Below the pieces are notes generated by a model. The model saw nothing but the letters and a program-made list of their open reading frames with translations, had not been told where the DNA came from and made no database searches. From Thalassobaculaceae bacterium (lineage in GTDB: Bacteria; Pseudomonadota; Alphaproteobacteria; Thalassobaculales; Thalassobaculaceae), in the NCBI GenBank assembly GCA_965228875.1, contig OZ245843.1:3330616-3394615 (forward strand): a stretch of DNA of 64,000 nucleotides, written 5' to 3'. Position numbers and translations under genes: made by a program. Below, piece after piece: positions 11,271 through 20,001 of this stretch (position 1 is its first letter; each line of letters opens with the position of its first letter).

Positions 11271-12407
11271 TCACACCGCCAGGTGATTGTCGAAGGCGGC
11301 GATCCCGGGTGCGCGGACCCACCGCACCCCGACCCCTTTCGCCCCGGCCAGAACGTGACCGATCCGGGCGATGCCCGTCGAGAGCGTGAAGCGGCCGGGC
11401 CGCGTTCCGGCGGCGATGGCGCAGCCGTCCGGCGCCTCCACCGCGCCGAGGAAACGGCCGTCGGATACCGTCCAGAAGGCGAAGAACCCGCCGCGCGGCA
11501 GGCCGGCGCCGACCACCGCGCCCGACACGTCGAGAGCGACGTCCCCGGTATACTGGCGCGAGCGCAGGGCCAGACGCTCCGGCAGGTCGAGCAGACGGGG
11601 CGCGCCGCCGTCCCGCCCGACCAGGCCGATCAGCGGGACGACCTCGTTCTCCGGACCCTCGGACTGCATGGCGACGGCGACCGTGTCCGCGTGGACGGCG
11701 ACGTGGCGCATGCTCAGCTTGTGCAGGTGCGCCGGCAGGACCATCACCCGCTCCGCTTCCGAGCCGCCGGGCGCGAGCCGGCTGAGGGACGGCTCCATGG
11801 TCGGCAGGTTCAGCTTGATCCTGCCGCTGTCGGGGTGGGTGAGGATGCCGCCGTTGGCGATCCAGAGCGTGCCGTCCGCCTCGGAGCGGCGGACCTCGTG
11901 CGGGCCGAGGCCGGCGCTGTCGATCTCGCCGACCCGGACGTACCCGGCCGCCGCGTCCCAGATCCCGAGGATGCCGCGCTCCCGGTCGAACGCGTTCTCG
12001 GTGGTGTAGAGCAGCCGCCCGTCGGCCGAGAACGCCGCATGGCCGTAGTAGTGACGGGTGTCCGGCAGGTCGAGGGCGAGCCGAACCGCCCCGGTGTCGG
12101 CGGCGACCACGTAGCCGAAGCGACCGGGACGGCGGGCGATCACGACGACGTCGTCGCTCGCCGGCCGGCGGACCACGCCGTGGCCCCGGTCCGGCAGCGG
12201 CTCGACGAAGCCGACCGCACCATCCGCATCGATGCCGACGATCCCGAAACGGCCGCCGGCCAGCCGGGCGGTGGTGAGGACGGCAGGGCGGTCGCCGGGG
12301 CGGCCAGCGGGGCGGCCAGAGGACCCGGCGGCGGCATGCGGTGCGAGGGCCGGCAGGGACGCCAGAGCGGCCAGCAGCCTCCGGCGGGAGAGCGCAACGC
12401 CTGCCAT
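11271..12407 (-). CDS. DUF1513 family beta-propeller protein with Tat signal
   Basis: LSRRRLL twin-arginine signal, RGHG, ARRPG, YGHAAFS, GPHE, NGGILTHP; last gene of the imelysin operon. Confidence 0.85.
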   Translation of the reverse strand: MAGVALSRRRLLAALASLPALAPHAAAGSSGRPAGRPGDRPAVLTTARLAGGRFGIVGIDADGAVGFVEPLPDRGHGVVRRPASDDVVVIARRPGRFGYVVAADTGAVRLALDLPDTRHYYGHAAFSADGRLLYTTENAFDRERGILGIWDAAAGYVRVGEIDSAGLGPHEVRRSEADGTLWIANGGILTHPDSGRIKLNLPTMEPSLSRLAPGGSEAERVMVLPAHLHKLSMRHVAVHADTVAVAMQSEGPENEVVPLIGLVGRDGGAPRLLDLPERLALRSRQYTGDVALDVSGAVVGAGLPRGGFFAFWTVSDGRFLGAVEAPDGCAIAAGTRPGRFTLSTGIARIGHVLAGAKGVGVRWVRAPGIAAFDNHLAV

Positions 12408-12408
12408 C

Positions 12409-13473
12409 TCAGTCCCCGTCGAGGGCGTTGAATCCGGCGGAAATGCCGAGAGCGGGGGCGACCCGCTGGTCCAGAAGCGCCTTCAGGGCCGACACCTGCG
12501 TGACAAGATCCTCCAGACCCTTGCGCGAGGCCGGGTCGGCGACCGCCCGGGACAGCGGGACGGTCACCGACCCCGCCGTCTCGAGGGTGATGCGGAAGGC
12601 CCGGCTCATCAGATCGGCAAGGTCTGGCTCTCCCGCGTCGCGCAGGACCCGGTCGATGCCGTGTCCGCCGCCGACGTAGAGCGCGGCGACCGCCGCCAGA
12701 TCGGCGCGGATCAGGTCCATCGACAGCGCGCTGCGCCAGGCTTCCGAGCGTTTGGGACGGGGCTTGCCGGTCTCGCCACCGAGGGGACGGTTGAGGCGCA
12801 GCCGCACCACCGCCTCGAGGGACGAGATCGCCCCGGTCATCAGGGCGCTCAACGATTCACCATGGGTGAAGTACACACCGGCCCCCGTCCCCGGCGCGAC
12901 CAGGGCGGTCCGGAACGGGCTGTCGCCCTCGGTCCACTCGGCGAGAATGGCGGCGGCGATGGCATGCAGGTTGGCGGCGATCGACCGGGCGATCGCGCAG
13001 TCGCCGGTGCCTTCGCCCGGGCGGCCCCTTGAGCCGTCGCCGGGATGGATCAGGCGTTCCAGAGCGGGGAAGCCCTGGACCGCGACCGGTGCATCGGCGA
13101 TCTCGACCGCCCCGCCCGCGCTCCGCAGGTCGGACAGGCCGCGCGCAACCCGGTTGCGCGTGTCGGGCCAGAACTCGATGCGGAACTGTCGGTCGAAGTA
13201 GGTGACCGGTCCCTTGACCACGTGGCGGGCGCCGGCCCAGGCGCGCCAGGCCTCGGCGAAGGCCGACCTGACCGCATCGGTCGCAAGCGCGCCATCGGCG
13301 CAGGCCCGGTCGACCGACGCTGACAGCGCCGCCGTCGCCCCCTCGAACCGCCGGTAGGCCGGAATCACGGAACGGTCGACCAGGTCGCGGACCAGGATGT
13401 CGGATACCTCGGCCCGGGCCGTCGAGACGGGGGCGAGGGCAAGCAGGCCGAGAAAGGCGATGAGGATCCGCAT
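12409..13473 (-). CDS. Imelysin family protein (second copy, degenerate motif)
   Basis: Signal peptide, FWPD, GFPALE in place of GxHxxE, C-terminal GFNALDGD. Confidence 0.85.
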   Translation of the reverse strand: MRILIAFLGLLALAPVSTARAEVSDILVRDLVDRSVIPAYRRFEGATAALSASVDRACADGALATDAVRSAFAEAWRAWAGARHVVKGPVTYFDRQFRIEFWPDTRNRVARGLSDLRSAGGAVEIADAPVAVQGFPALERLIHPGDGSRGRPGEGTGDCAIARSIAANLHAIAAAILAEWTEGDSPFRTALVAPGTGAGVYFTHGESLSALMTGAISSLEAVVRLRLNRPLGGETGKPRPKRSEAWRSALSMDLIRADLAAVAALYVGGGHGIDRVLRDAGEPDLADLMSRAFRITLETAGSVTVPLSRAVADPASRKGLEDLVTQVSALKALLDQRVAPALGISAGFNALDGD

Positions 13474-13498
13474 GCGCGGCCTCCCTGGATCGAGGGGA

Positions 13499-14929
13499 CT
13501 ACAGCGAATTCACATAGGCGATCAGGGCGTTGCGGTCCTCCGCGGCGAGGCCGGCGACGTGGTCGCGGGCCGCCTGCGCCTCGCCACCATGCCAGAGGAT
13601 CGCCTCCAGGACGGAGCGGGCCCGACCGTCATGCAGGAAGAACGTGTGGCCGTTGACGGTCTCCGTCAGCCCGATCCCCCAGAGCGGCGCCGTGCGCCAT
13701 TCGGCGGCTTCGGCGTCGCCCTCCGGCAGACCGTCGGCGAGACCGGGCCCCATGTCGTGCAGCAGCAGGTCGGTGAACGGGCGGATCGTGTGGCCGGCCA
13801 GAGCCGGATCCGCCGCGTCCGCCGGTGTCGTCATGGACGGGCGGTGACAACCGTCGCACCCGGCGGCGGCGAAGACCCGCGCGCCGCGGGCCACGGCGGC
13901 ATCGGTCAGCCCACGCCGGGCCGGCACCGCCAGGTGGCCGGAGTAGAAGGTGACCAGCTTCAGCATGGTCTCGCTGACTTCCAGACCGGTCGCCTCGCTG
14001 CCGCCGTCGGGCGCGGCCCGGCAGGCGGCCTGGGCCTCGCTGCAGTCGCCGGCGCCGGCGGGGAAGGGTTTCGTGGACAGCCCGAGATCGCCGAGGAAGG
14101 CGGCCGCCGACTGCTGCCGGATGGTCGGCTGCGAGGCCTTCCAGCCGTAGCGACCGAGCTGGCGCTCCCCGGTCTCGGTGTTGACCACCCAGGCGGGCCG
14201 TCCGGAGATGCCGTCGCCGTCGGCGTCCTGTGGATCGGCAAAGGCGGTGATCTGCCCTGCCGGCACCATCTCCAACAGGCCGAGGCCGATCATCGGGGGT
14301 GCCACGCGCGCCGAGAGCCGGGTGTCCGGGTCCATCGCTCCGTAGCCGAGGTCTGAGACCGACCAGACCGGTCGGCGCAGCGATACGGTGCTTCCGTCGG
14401 CCAGCGCCACCGGTTCCTCCCGCCAGACCACATGCGGCCGCCCCTCGATCGGGACGCCGGCAACGGCGAAGTCCTGAAGCTGGCCGCCGTAGACCGGGTC
14501 GGGTCGGGCCGAGCGGGGCCCGGTCTGGATACCGAGCCGGATCAGCAGCGAGACCGCGTTGTCGTCGGGCCAGTTGGCGCTGGGCGGGTGGCCGCGCCCG
14601 TCCTTCAGGTGACAGCGCTGGCAGGACCGCGCGTTGTACAGGGGTCCGAGCCCATCCGAGGATCGGGTCGAGGACGGCGCGCTGACCCAGAGTTTCCTGA
14701 ATATGCCGTTGCCGACCTTGAAGTCGAGCTCCTTCTCGAACGGCAGGGTCGCCGTCGAATGGGAGAAGGCGTTGCCGTCAGGGGCGCGCAGCGAGGTCGC
14801 GTCCCCTGCCGGCAACGCCTCGGAGGAGCCGGCGGTCGAACACTCGGTGAGGACGGCCAGGAATCCGGACACGACAAAGCCCATCGCGAGGGCGAGGCTC
14901 AGGGCCCGGGTCAGCTGTGACCGTCGCAT
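13499..14929 (-). CDS. Di-haem oxidoreductase family protein (DHOR/DUF1111)
   Basis: Two CxxCH motifs (CQRCH, CDGCH), GLGPLYNA, TDLLLHDMG, WRTAPLWG, LHDGRAR. Confidence 0.9.
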   Translation of the reverse strand: MRRSQLTRALSLALAMGFVVSGFLAVLTECSTAGSSEALPAGDATSLRAPDGNAFSHSTATLPFEKELDFKVGNGIFRKLWVSAPSSTRSSDGLGPLYNARSCQRCHLKDGRGHPPSANWPDDNAVSLLIRLGIQTGPRSARPDPVYGGQLQDFAVAGVPIEGRPHVVWREEPVALADGSTVSLRRPVWSVSDLGYGAMDPDTRLSARVAPPMIGLGLLEMVPAGQITAFADPQDADGDGISGRPAWVVNTETGERQLGRYGWKASQPTIRQQSAAAFLGDLGLSTKPFPAGAGDCSEAQAACRAAPDGGSEATGLEVSETMLKLVTFYSGHLAVPARRGLTDAAVARGARVFAAAGCDGCHRPSMTTPADAADPALAGHTIRPFTDLLLHDMGPGLADGLPEGDAEAAEWRTAPLWGIGLTETVNGHTFFLHDGRARSVLEAILWHGGEAQAARDHVAGLAAEDRNALIAYVNSL

Positions 14930-14958
14930 CGTCCGTTCCGCCAGATCGGGATTGAGCG

Positions 14959-14987
14959 AAAAGGGGCGGTCCGTTGCCGGACCGCCC
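14959..14987 (-). terminator. Intrinsic terminator or attenuator after the first imelysin gene
   Basis: Minus strand gggcggtccg-gcaa-cggaccgccc followed by ctttt. Confidence 0.65.
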
Positions 14988-15030
14988 AAGTTGCCATGCT
15001 TCGACTAGAGAGTGATCGCGTCAACCCTGG

Positions 15031-16299
15031 TCACTGAAAGACAGCGGCAGGGTTGTCCAAACTGTCCGACCCCTCGATCGAGAGGCTGTCCAGCCCGAGC
15101 GCCGCGACCGCGCGCTCGATCTCACGTGTCTGCACCAGAAGGCCGGCGATGGCGGCATCGACCCGGGCGTTGCCGGCCTCGTTGCCTTCACCGATCTGCT
15201 GGTCGTAGGCCTCGCCCGCCTCGGCGGCGTCGACCATGGCGGTCATCTTCGTCATGGTGTCGGCCAGGGCGGAGGTCAGGGCCTTGTCCAGGCCGGTATC
15301 CGCGGCGGCGACCAGGTCGGAGACGCTCGGCCCCTCGACGACCGTGCCGTCAATGCGCACGTAGCGGCCCGTGTAGACGTTCTGGACCCCCAGGGCATCG
15401 TAGTAATGGGACCAGTGGGTGTTGTCGGCGAAGCAGTCGTGCTCCTCCTCCGGATCGTTCAGCAGCAGGCCGAGCTTCATGCGCTCGCCGGCCAGCTCGC
15501 CGTAGGAAAGGCTGCCCATGCCGGTGAGGATCATCGACAGACCGGCCTTGCCGCCGGGGTCCATGACCGCAGCGCGCGCCGCGCCGCCTTCGGCCCAGTT
15601 CGCCACCATTTCCTCCAGATCGGCGACCAGAAGATCGGCCGCGACCTTGAGGTAGGCGCCCCGGCGGTCGCAGTTGCCGTTGGTGCAGTTGGCGGTATCG
15701 AAGTCCGTGTAGGGACGCGCGCCGGCACCCGGGCCGGTGCCGTTCAGATCCTGCCCCCAGAGCAGAAACTCTATCGCGTGATAGCCGGTGGTGACGTTGG
15801 CTTCGACCGCGTCGAGCTCGTGCAGCTCCTGGATCACCGCCGCGGTGATGGTCGGGGTCTCCAGGGTGCGGCCGCCCAGCTTCATCGTCGGATTGGCGAC
15901 GATGTTGGCGGTGTAATAGGGATTCTCGTCGCTGGTCTCGCCGTAGCGGCCGGCATCGACGTAGTCGATCAGCCCCTCGTCGAGCGGCCAGGCGTTCACC
16001 TTGCCCTCCCAGTCGTCGACGATGGGGTTGCCGAACCGGTAGGCCTCGGTCTGCTGATAGGGGATGCGCGCGGCCTCCCAGGCGAGCTTCGCGCCGGCAT
16101 GGGTGCCGGCGGACGGGGCCGCGATCAGCGCGGCGATCGCGCCTTGAAGACGCTTGGCCGTGATCAGCGAGTCCTCGTAGGCCGCGTGGGCGATGTCGGC
16201 ATATGTCTTCAGGACAGCGTCCGTCGACGGCGCGGCGGCCTGAGCCGTGCCCGGCGCCACTCCCAGAGCCAGCAGCCCTGCTATCACTAAGCGTCTCAT
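15031..16299 (-). CDS. Imelysin family iron-regulated protein (IrpA/IcmP-like)
   Basis: Signal peptide, NAWPLDEGLIDYV, GYHAIEFLLWGQD (GxHxxE), GELAGER, EEEHDCF. Confidence 0.92.
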   Translation of the reverse strand: MRRLVIAGLLALGVAPGTAQAAAPSTDAVLKTYADIAHAAYEDSLITAKRLQGAIAALIAAPSAGTHAGAKLAWEAARIPYQQTEAYRFGNPIVDDWEGKVNAWPLDEGLIDYVDAGRYGETSDENPYYTANIVANPTMKLGGRTLETPTITAAVIQELHELDAVEANVTTGYHAIEFLLWGQDLNGTGPGAGARPYTDFDTANCTNGNCDRRGAYLKVAADLLVADLEEMVANWAEGGAARAAVMDPGGKAGLSMILTGMGSLSYGELAGERMKLGLLLNDPEEEHDCFADNTHWSHYYDALGVQNVYTGRYVRIDGTVVEGPSVSDLVAAADTGLDKALTSALADTMTKMTAMVDAAEAGEAYDQQIGEGNEAGNARVDAAIAGLLVQTREIERAVAALGLDSLSIEGSDSLDNPAAVFQ

Positions 16300-16377
16300 C
16301 GGGTATTCCTCTCCGGGTGCATGCGTCGTCGTGCCGTCGTTCCCGCCGCACGACTGTCGGCGTCGGGATCATTTGAT

Positions 16378-16427
16378 ATTGCAAACCATTCGCAATTGCA
16401 ATTACAAAATTGCGAGCCGTTCGCATT
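16378..16427. promoter_or_regulatory. Two tandem 19-bp Fur-alpha-type boxes
   Basis: attgcaaaccattcgcaat (16378-16396) and attgcgagccgttcgcatt (16409-16427): TGC-N9-GCA palindromes upstream of the iron operon. Confidence 0.7.
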
Positions 16428-16668
16428 AACGCCCCACCTCAGACTACCGGCTTGGGCTACGACGAGATGGGGAACGGTCGAGAAGACGCCGGACGGATGC
16501 ACTCGCCCCTGCCGGCGAACTCAACAACTGGAACGTTATAACATCTCAATCCCTGACGCTTCGGCGACGAGGCGTCAACACAACCCGGCGGGTCACCCGG
16601 TTCGCGGACCGGGAAGACAAACCCGTGAACCACTCCTGTTGCATTCGGATCCTCACTGGAGAGACGAC

Positions 16669-17856
16669 ATGACGCAATCACGAGCCCCGGCACGAGGCCC
16701 GGCACGACGTCTGGCCCAAGCCGTGACACGAGGCACAACGCCGCGGCGGCCCCTGGGGCCGGCCGCTTCCGTTCTGGCCGCATCCGTTCTGGCCACTTCC
16801 GTTCTGGCCCTGGCGGCGGCCGCACCGGCCGGAGCCGCCGAGAAGCTCTCGGTCGGCATCGGCGGCGAGTACACCCAGTTCTTCGGTTTTGCCGACAACG
16901 AGACGGATACCGGCGACTTCAACGGTTTCGACGTCAAGTCCGACGGCGTTCTGACCTTCGGCGGCGAGACGACCCTGGACAACGGCATCTCCTTCGGTGT
17001 CGAGGTCGGCCTGAAGACCGAGTCCGCCGGCAGCGACCAGATCGACGGATCGATGATGTATGTCGAGGCCGAGGCCGGGCGTCTCGAGATCGGGCAGACC
17101 GACAGCGTCGCGGCGCTCATGCACTACTCCGCGCCGGATGTCGGCTTCGGCATCAACGACAGCGATATCGGGGACTGGGTCATCAATCCGACCGGCGGCG
17201 ACGCCGACTCGGCGTTCCAGTCGACCTACCTGTACCTCGGCGAAGATCAGGCGACGAAGATCAATTACTTCACGCCGCGCTTCTCCGGCATCCAGCTCGG
17301 CATCTCCTACATTCCCGAGTTCGAGCGCGACAACAACGCCCAGCCGGAAGGCGACATCTACCGTGACAGCATCGCCATCGGGGCCAACTTCGTTCAGGCG
17401 TTCGGCGATGCCGAGGTGGCGATCGCCGCCGGATACCTCTTCGCCGACAAGCCGGACGGGGTCGGCGCCGCCGGCACCGACGCGGAGGGCTACAGCTTCG
17501 GCGCCAACCTGACCTATGCGGGCTTCACCGTCGGCGGCTCGTTCGCCAGCACCGACGGCAATGGCGGCGGCGGCACCGACACCGGGACCTCGTTCGACGG
17601 AGACGGCTTCGACATCGGCGTCGCCTACGCCTTCGGCGACGCGGCGGTCTCGCTCTCCTATTTCGAGGGTTCGGTCGAGGACAGCGTCGCCATCGCCGGC
17701 GACAGCGAGCACTCCACGGTGATGCTTTCCGGCGCCTACGAGATCGGTCCGGGCATCACCGCGCTCGGTTCGGTCTTTCGCAGCGAGTACGAGGCCGACA
17801 GCGGCGACGAGAACGACGGCTGGGCCATCGTGACCGGCATCACGCTGGAATTCTGA
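16669..17856 (+). CDS. Outer-membrane porin (alphaproteobacterial general porin family)
   Basis: Signal peptide ending PAGA, GETTLDNG, KINYFTPRFSGIQLGISY, amphipathic beta strands, C-terminal Phe; GGAGAG RBS. Confidence 0.88.
   Translation: MTQSRAPARGPARRLAQAVTRGTTPRRPLGPAASVLAASVLATSVLALAAAAPAGAAEKLSVGIGGEYTQFFGFADNETDTGDFNGFDVKSDGVLTFGGETTLDNGISFGVEVGLKTESAGSDQIDGSMMYVEAEAGRLEIGQTDSVAALMHYSAPDVGFGINDSDIGDWVINPTGGDADSAFQSTYLYLGEDQATKINYFTPRFSGIQLGISYIPEFERDNNAQPEGDIYRDSIAIGANFVQAFGDAEVAIAAGYLFADKPDGVGAAGTDAEGYSFGANLTYAGFTVGGSFASTDGNGGGGTDTGTSFDGDGFDIGVAYAFGDAAVSLSYFEGSVEDSVAIAGDSEHSTVMLSGAYEIGPGITALGSVFRSEYEADSGDENDGWAIVTGITLEF
16762..16806 (+). repeat. 3 x 15-bp tandem repeat in the porin signal peptide (AASVL/AASVL/ATSVL)
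   Basis: gccgcttccgttctg gccgcatccgttctg gccacttccgttctg. Confidence 0.85.
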
Positions 17857-17862
17857 TCCCGT

Positions 17863-17890
17863 CGGGCGGCCAGACCATTCCGGCCGCCCG
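17863..17890. terminator. Stem-loop between the convergent porin and metZ genes
   Basis: cgggcggcc-N10-ggccgcccg perfect 9-bp stem; no U-tract. Confidence 0.45.
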
Positions 17891-17925
17891 CACCGCAGAC
17901 ACGCGGCGCGCGAATGCTGGACAGG

Positions 17926-19116
17926 TCAGGAGAGCGCCGCCAAGGCCTGCGCCAGATCCTCGGTCAGGTCGTCCGGATGCTCGAGACCGACTGACAGGCG
18001 GATCACACCGTCGGTGATGCCGCAGTCCAACCGCTCGGCGGCCGACAGCTTGGAATGGGTGGTCGTCGCCGGATGGCAGGCCAGCGACTTGGCGTCGCCG
18101 AGATTGTTCGACAGGTCGATCGCCCCCAGCGAGTCGAGCACCGTGAACGCGCCTTCCTTGCCGCCCTGCACCTCCATCGTCACCAGACTGCCGAACCCGG
18201 TCATCTGTCGCCGGGCCAGATCGTGCTGGGGATGGTCCTCGCGGCCCGGATAGCGCACCTGCAGCACCTTGTCGTGCGCCGCCAGCCAATCGGCAACGGT
18301 GGCCGCCGTCGCGCTCATACGATCGACCCGAAGTTCCAGCGTCTCGAGCGACTTGGCCATGACCCAGGCGTTGAACGGGCTCATGGAGGGGCCGGTGTTC
18401 CGGTAGAACGGGATGAAATGCTCGGACATCCAGTCCTTCGCGGCCAGCACCGCACCGCCGAGGCAGCGTCCGTGACCGTCGATATGCTTGGTCGCCGAAT
18501 AGACGACCACGTCGGCGCCGAGTTCCAGCGGGCTCTGATACAGCGGCGTCGCGAACACGTTGTCGACGATCAGTCTGGCGCCGGCGGCATGGGCCAGGTC
18601 GGCCACCGCGGCGATGTCGACCAGATCAAGCATCGGATTGGACGGGCTCTCCAGCAGCACCGCCTTGGCCGGCCTCGACAACGCCGCCTCCCAGGCGGCG
18701 AGGTCGGTCCCCTTGACGAACTCGGTCTCGATCCCCCAGGTGGGCAGGATCTTGGAGACGATGTGATGGCAGGAGCCGAACAGCTCGCGCGCCGCAACCA
18801 CCCGGTCGCCGGCCCGCAGTTGGCAGGCCAGCGACGAGAAGATCGCCGCCATGCCGGTGGCTGTCGCCCGGCACATGTCGGCGCCTTCCAGGACCGCCAG
18901 GCGCTCCTCGAAGGTCGTCACCGTGGGGTTGCCGTAGCGCCCGTACATGTAGACGTCGGCCTCGCCCTTGAACGCGGCTTCCGCCTCGGCGGCGTTGTTG
19001 AAGACGAAACCGGAATTCAGGTAGAGCGCCTCGGCGGTCTCGTTGTTCGGACTGCGGTGCAGGCCGGTGCGGACCATCCGGGTCGCCCGGCGCCAGGTCT
19101 TGTCGGAAGAGGTCAC
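17926..19116 (-). CDS. metZ: O-succinylhomoserine sulfhydrylase
   Basis: ETAEALYLNSGF, YGRYGNPT, ATGMAA, SATKHIDGHGRCLGG, NNLGDAKS. Confidence 0.9.
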   Translation of the reverse strand: MTSSDKTWRRATRMVRTGLHRSPNNETAEALYLNSGFVFNNAAEAEAAFKGEADVYMYGRYGNPTVTTFEERLAVLEGADMCRATATGMAAIFSSLACQLRAGDRVVAARELFGSCHHIVSKILPTWGIETEFVKGTDLAAWEAALSRPAKAVLLESPSNPMLDLVDIAAVADLAHAAGARLIVDNVFATPLYQSPLELGADVVVYSATKHIDGHGRCLGGAVLAAKDWMSEHFIPFYRNTGPSMSPFNAWVMAKSLETLELRVDRMSATAATVADWLAAHDKVLQVRYPGREDHPQHDLARRQMTGFGSLVTMEVQGGKEGAFTVLDSLGAIDLSNNLGDAKSLACHPATTTHSKLSAAERLDCGITDGVIRLSVGLEHPDDLTEDLAQALAALS

Positions 19117-19343
19117 GCCGACGTCTCCTTCGGTTGCGGGGCCAGGGTGCGAGGCGGGAGAGTCTGGGCCGGGAGAAACTCCGGCAGAACGACCGCCTGG
19201 GAGACGATCACGCCGTCCGGCCCATGGGTGATGCCGGGCGACCCGTACAGCACATAGCCGTCCTTCAGGGCATCACCGACGCGCACGCAGAAGGCGGCGT
19301 CGTCGGCCCCGGTAAGAAGTCGGTAGATCTTGCGTTCGGCCAT
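19113..19343 (-). CDS. DUF1737 family small protein
   Basis: YRLLTGADDAAFC.RV..AL..GY.LYGSP and QAVV pattern; stop overlaps the metZ start. Confidence 0.75.
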   Translation of the reverse strand: MAERKIYRLLTGADDAAFCVRVGDALKDGYVLYGSPGITHGPDGVIVSQAVVLPEFLPAQTLPPRTLAPQPKETSA

Positions 19344-19348
19344 GCCCC

Positions 19349-19774
19349 TCACCCCTGCTGCCAGGGTAGGCCGCTGGCCCGCCAGCCGGAGACGGTGTTG
19401 CGATGCCCCGCCTCGTCCTTCGGCCCCTCGAAGCCGTCCGAGACGTTGCGGCAGTCAGAGAACCCGGCCTCGGTCAGGGCGATGGCGGCGCTCCGCGAGC
19501 GTTGGCCGGAGCGGCACAGCAGAAGCAGCGGCGTATCCTTCTCCGGGACCAGCCGGCGCACGGCGTCGACGAACCCGCCATTCGGCACCATACCGGGAAA
19601 GATCTGCCAGGAGACCAGGAGCGGCGCGCGCCCGATCCCGCTCAGGTCCGGTCGCCCGACGAACGTCCATTCCGCGTCGCTGCGCACATCGAGCAGCATG
19701 GCCCGCTCGTCGCCCTGCAGGATTTCCATCGCCTCGACGCTGGTCACGTCGCCGGCGTAGCCGTCGTCCGTCAT
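19349..19774 (-). CDS. Single-domain rhodanese (sulfurtransferase)
   Basis: LDVRSDAEW, active-site loop LCRSGQRS, DGFEG, GW..SGLPW. Confidence 0.9.
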   Translation of the reverse strand: MTDDGYAGDVTSVEAMEILQGDERAMLLDVRSDAEWTFVGRPDLSGIGRAPLLVSWQIFPGMVPNGGFVDAVRRLVPEKDTPLLLLCRSGQRSRSAAIALTEAGFSDCRNVSDGFEGPKDEAGHRNTVSGWRASGLPWQQG

Positions 19775-20001
19775 GATCGGATCCTCCTGTACCCCACCCC
19801 TCTCGGCGGGGGTCGAATCCATAGCCCGTGGACCCCGGCACGACAACCGCCATGCGCCGGCTTTCCGCAAGGGCGCGACCAATCCGTGCCTTGTCGCCAT
19901 GTTCGCGCTCCCTCTACCCTCGACGCGACGACGCCCGACACGGGCACCGACCGGACCTGCGGATCGCGGGGCCGAGACACAAGCAGGGGAGACGAACCGA
20001 G

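Noticed and set aside
16517..16534. Alphaproteobacterial LexA box (GAAC...GAAC) near the porin promoter
   Set aside because: The spacer is 10 nt rather than 7
19775..20001. Second SAM riboswitch upstream of rhodanese-DUF1737-metZ
   Set aside because: GC stems are present but the SAM-II GAUUU and GCUAAA elements are not
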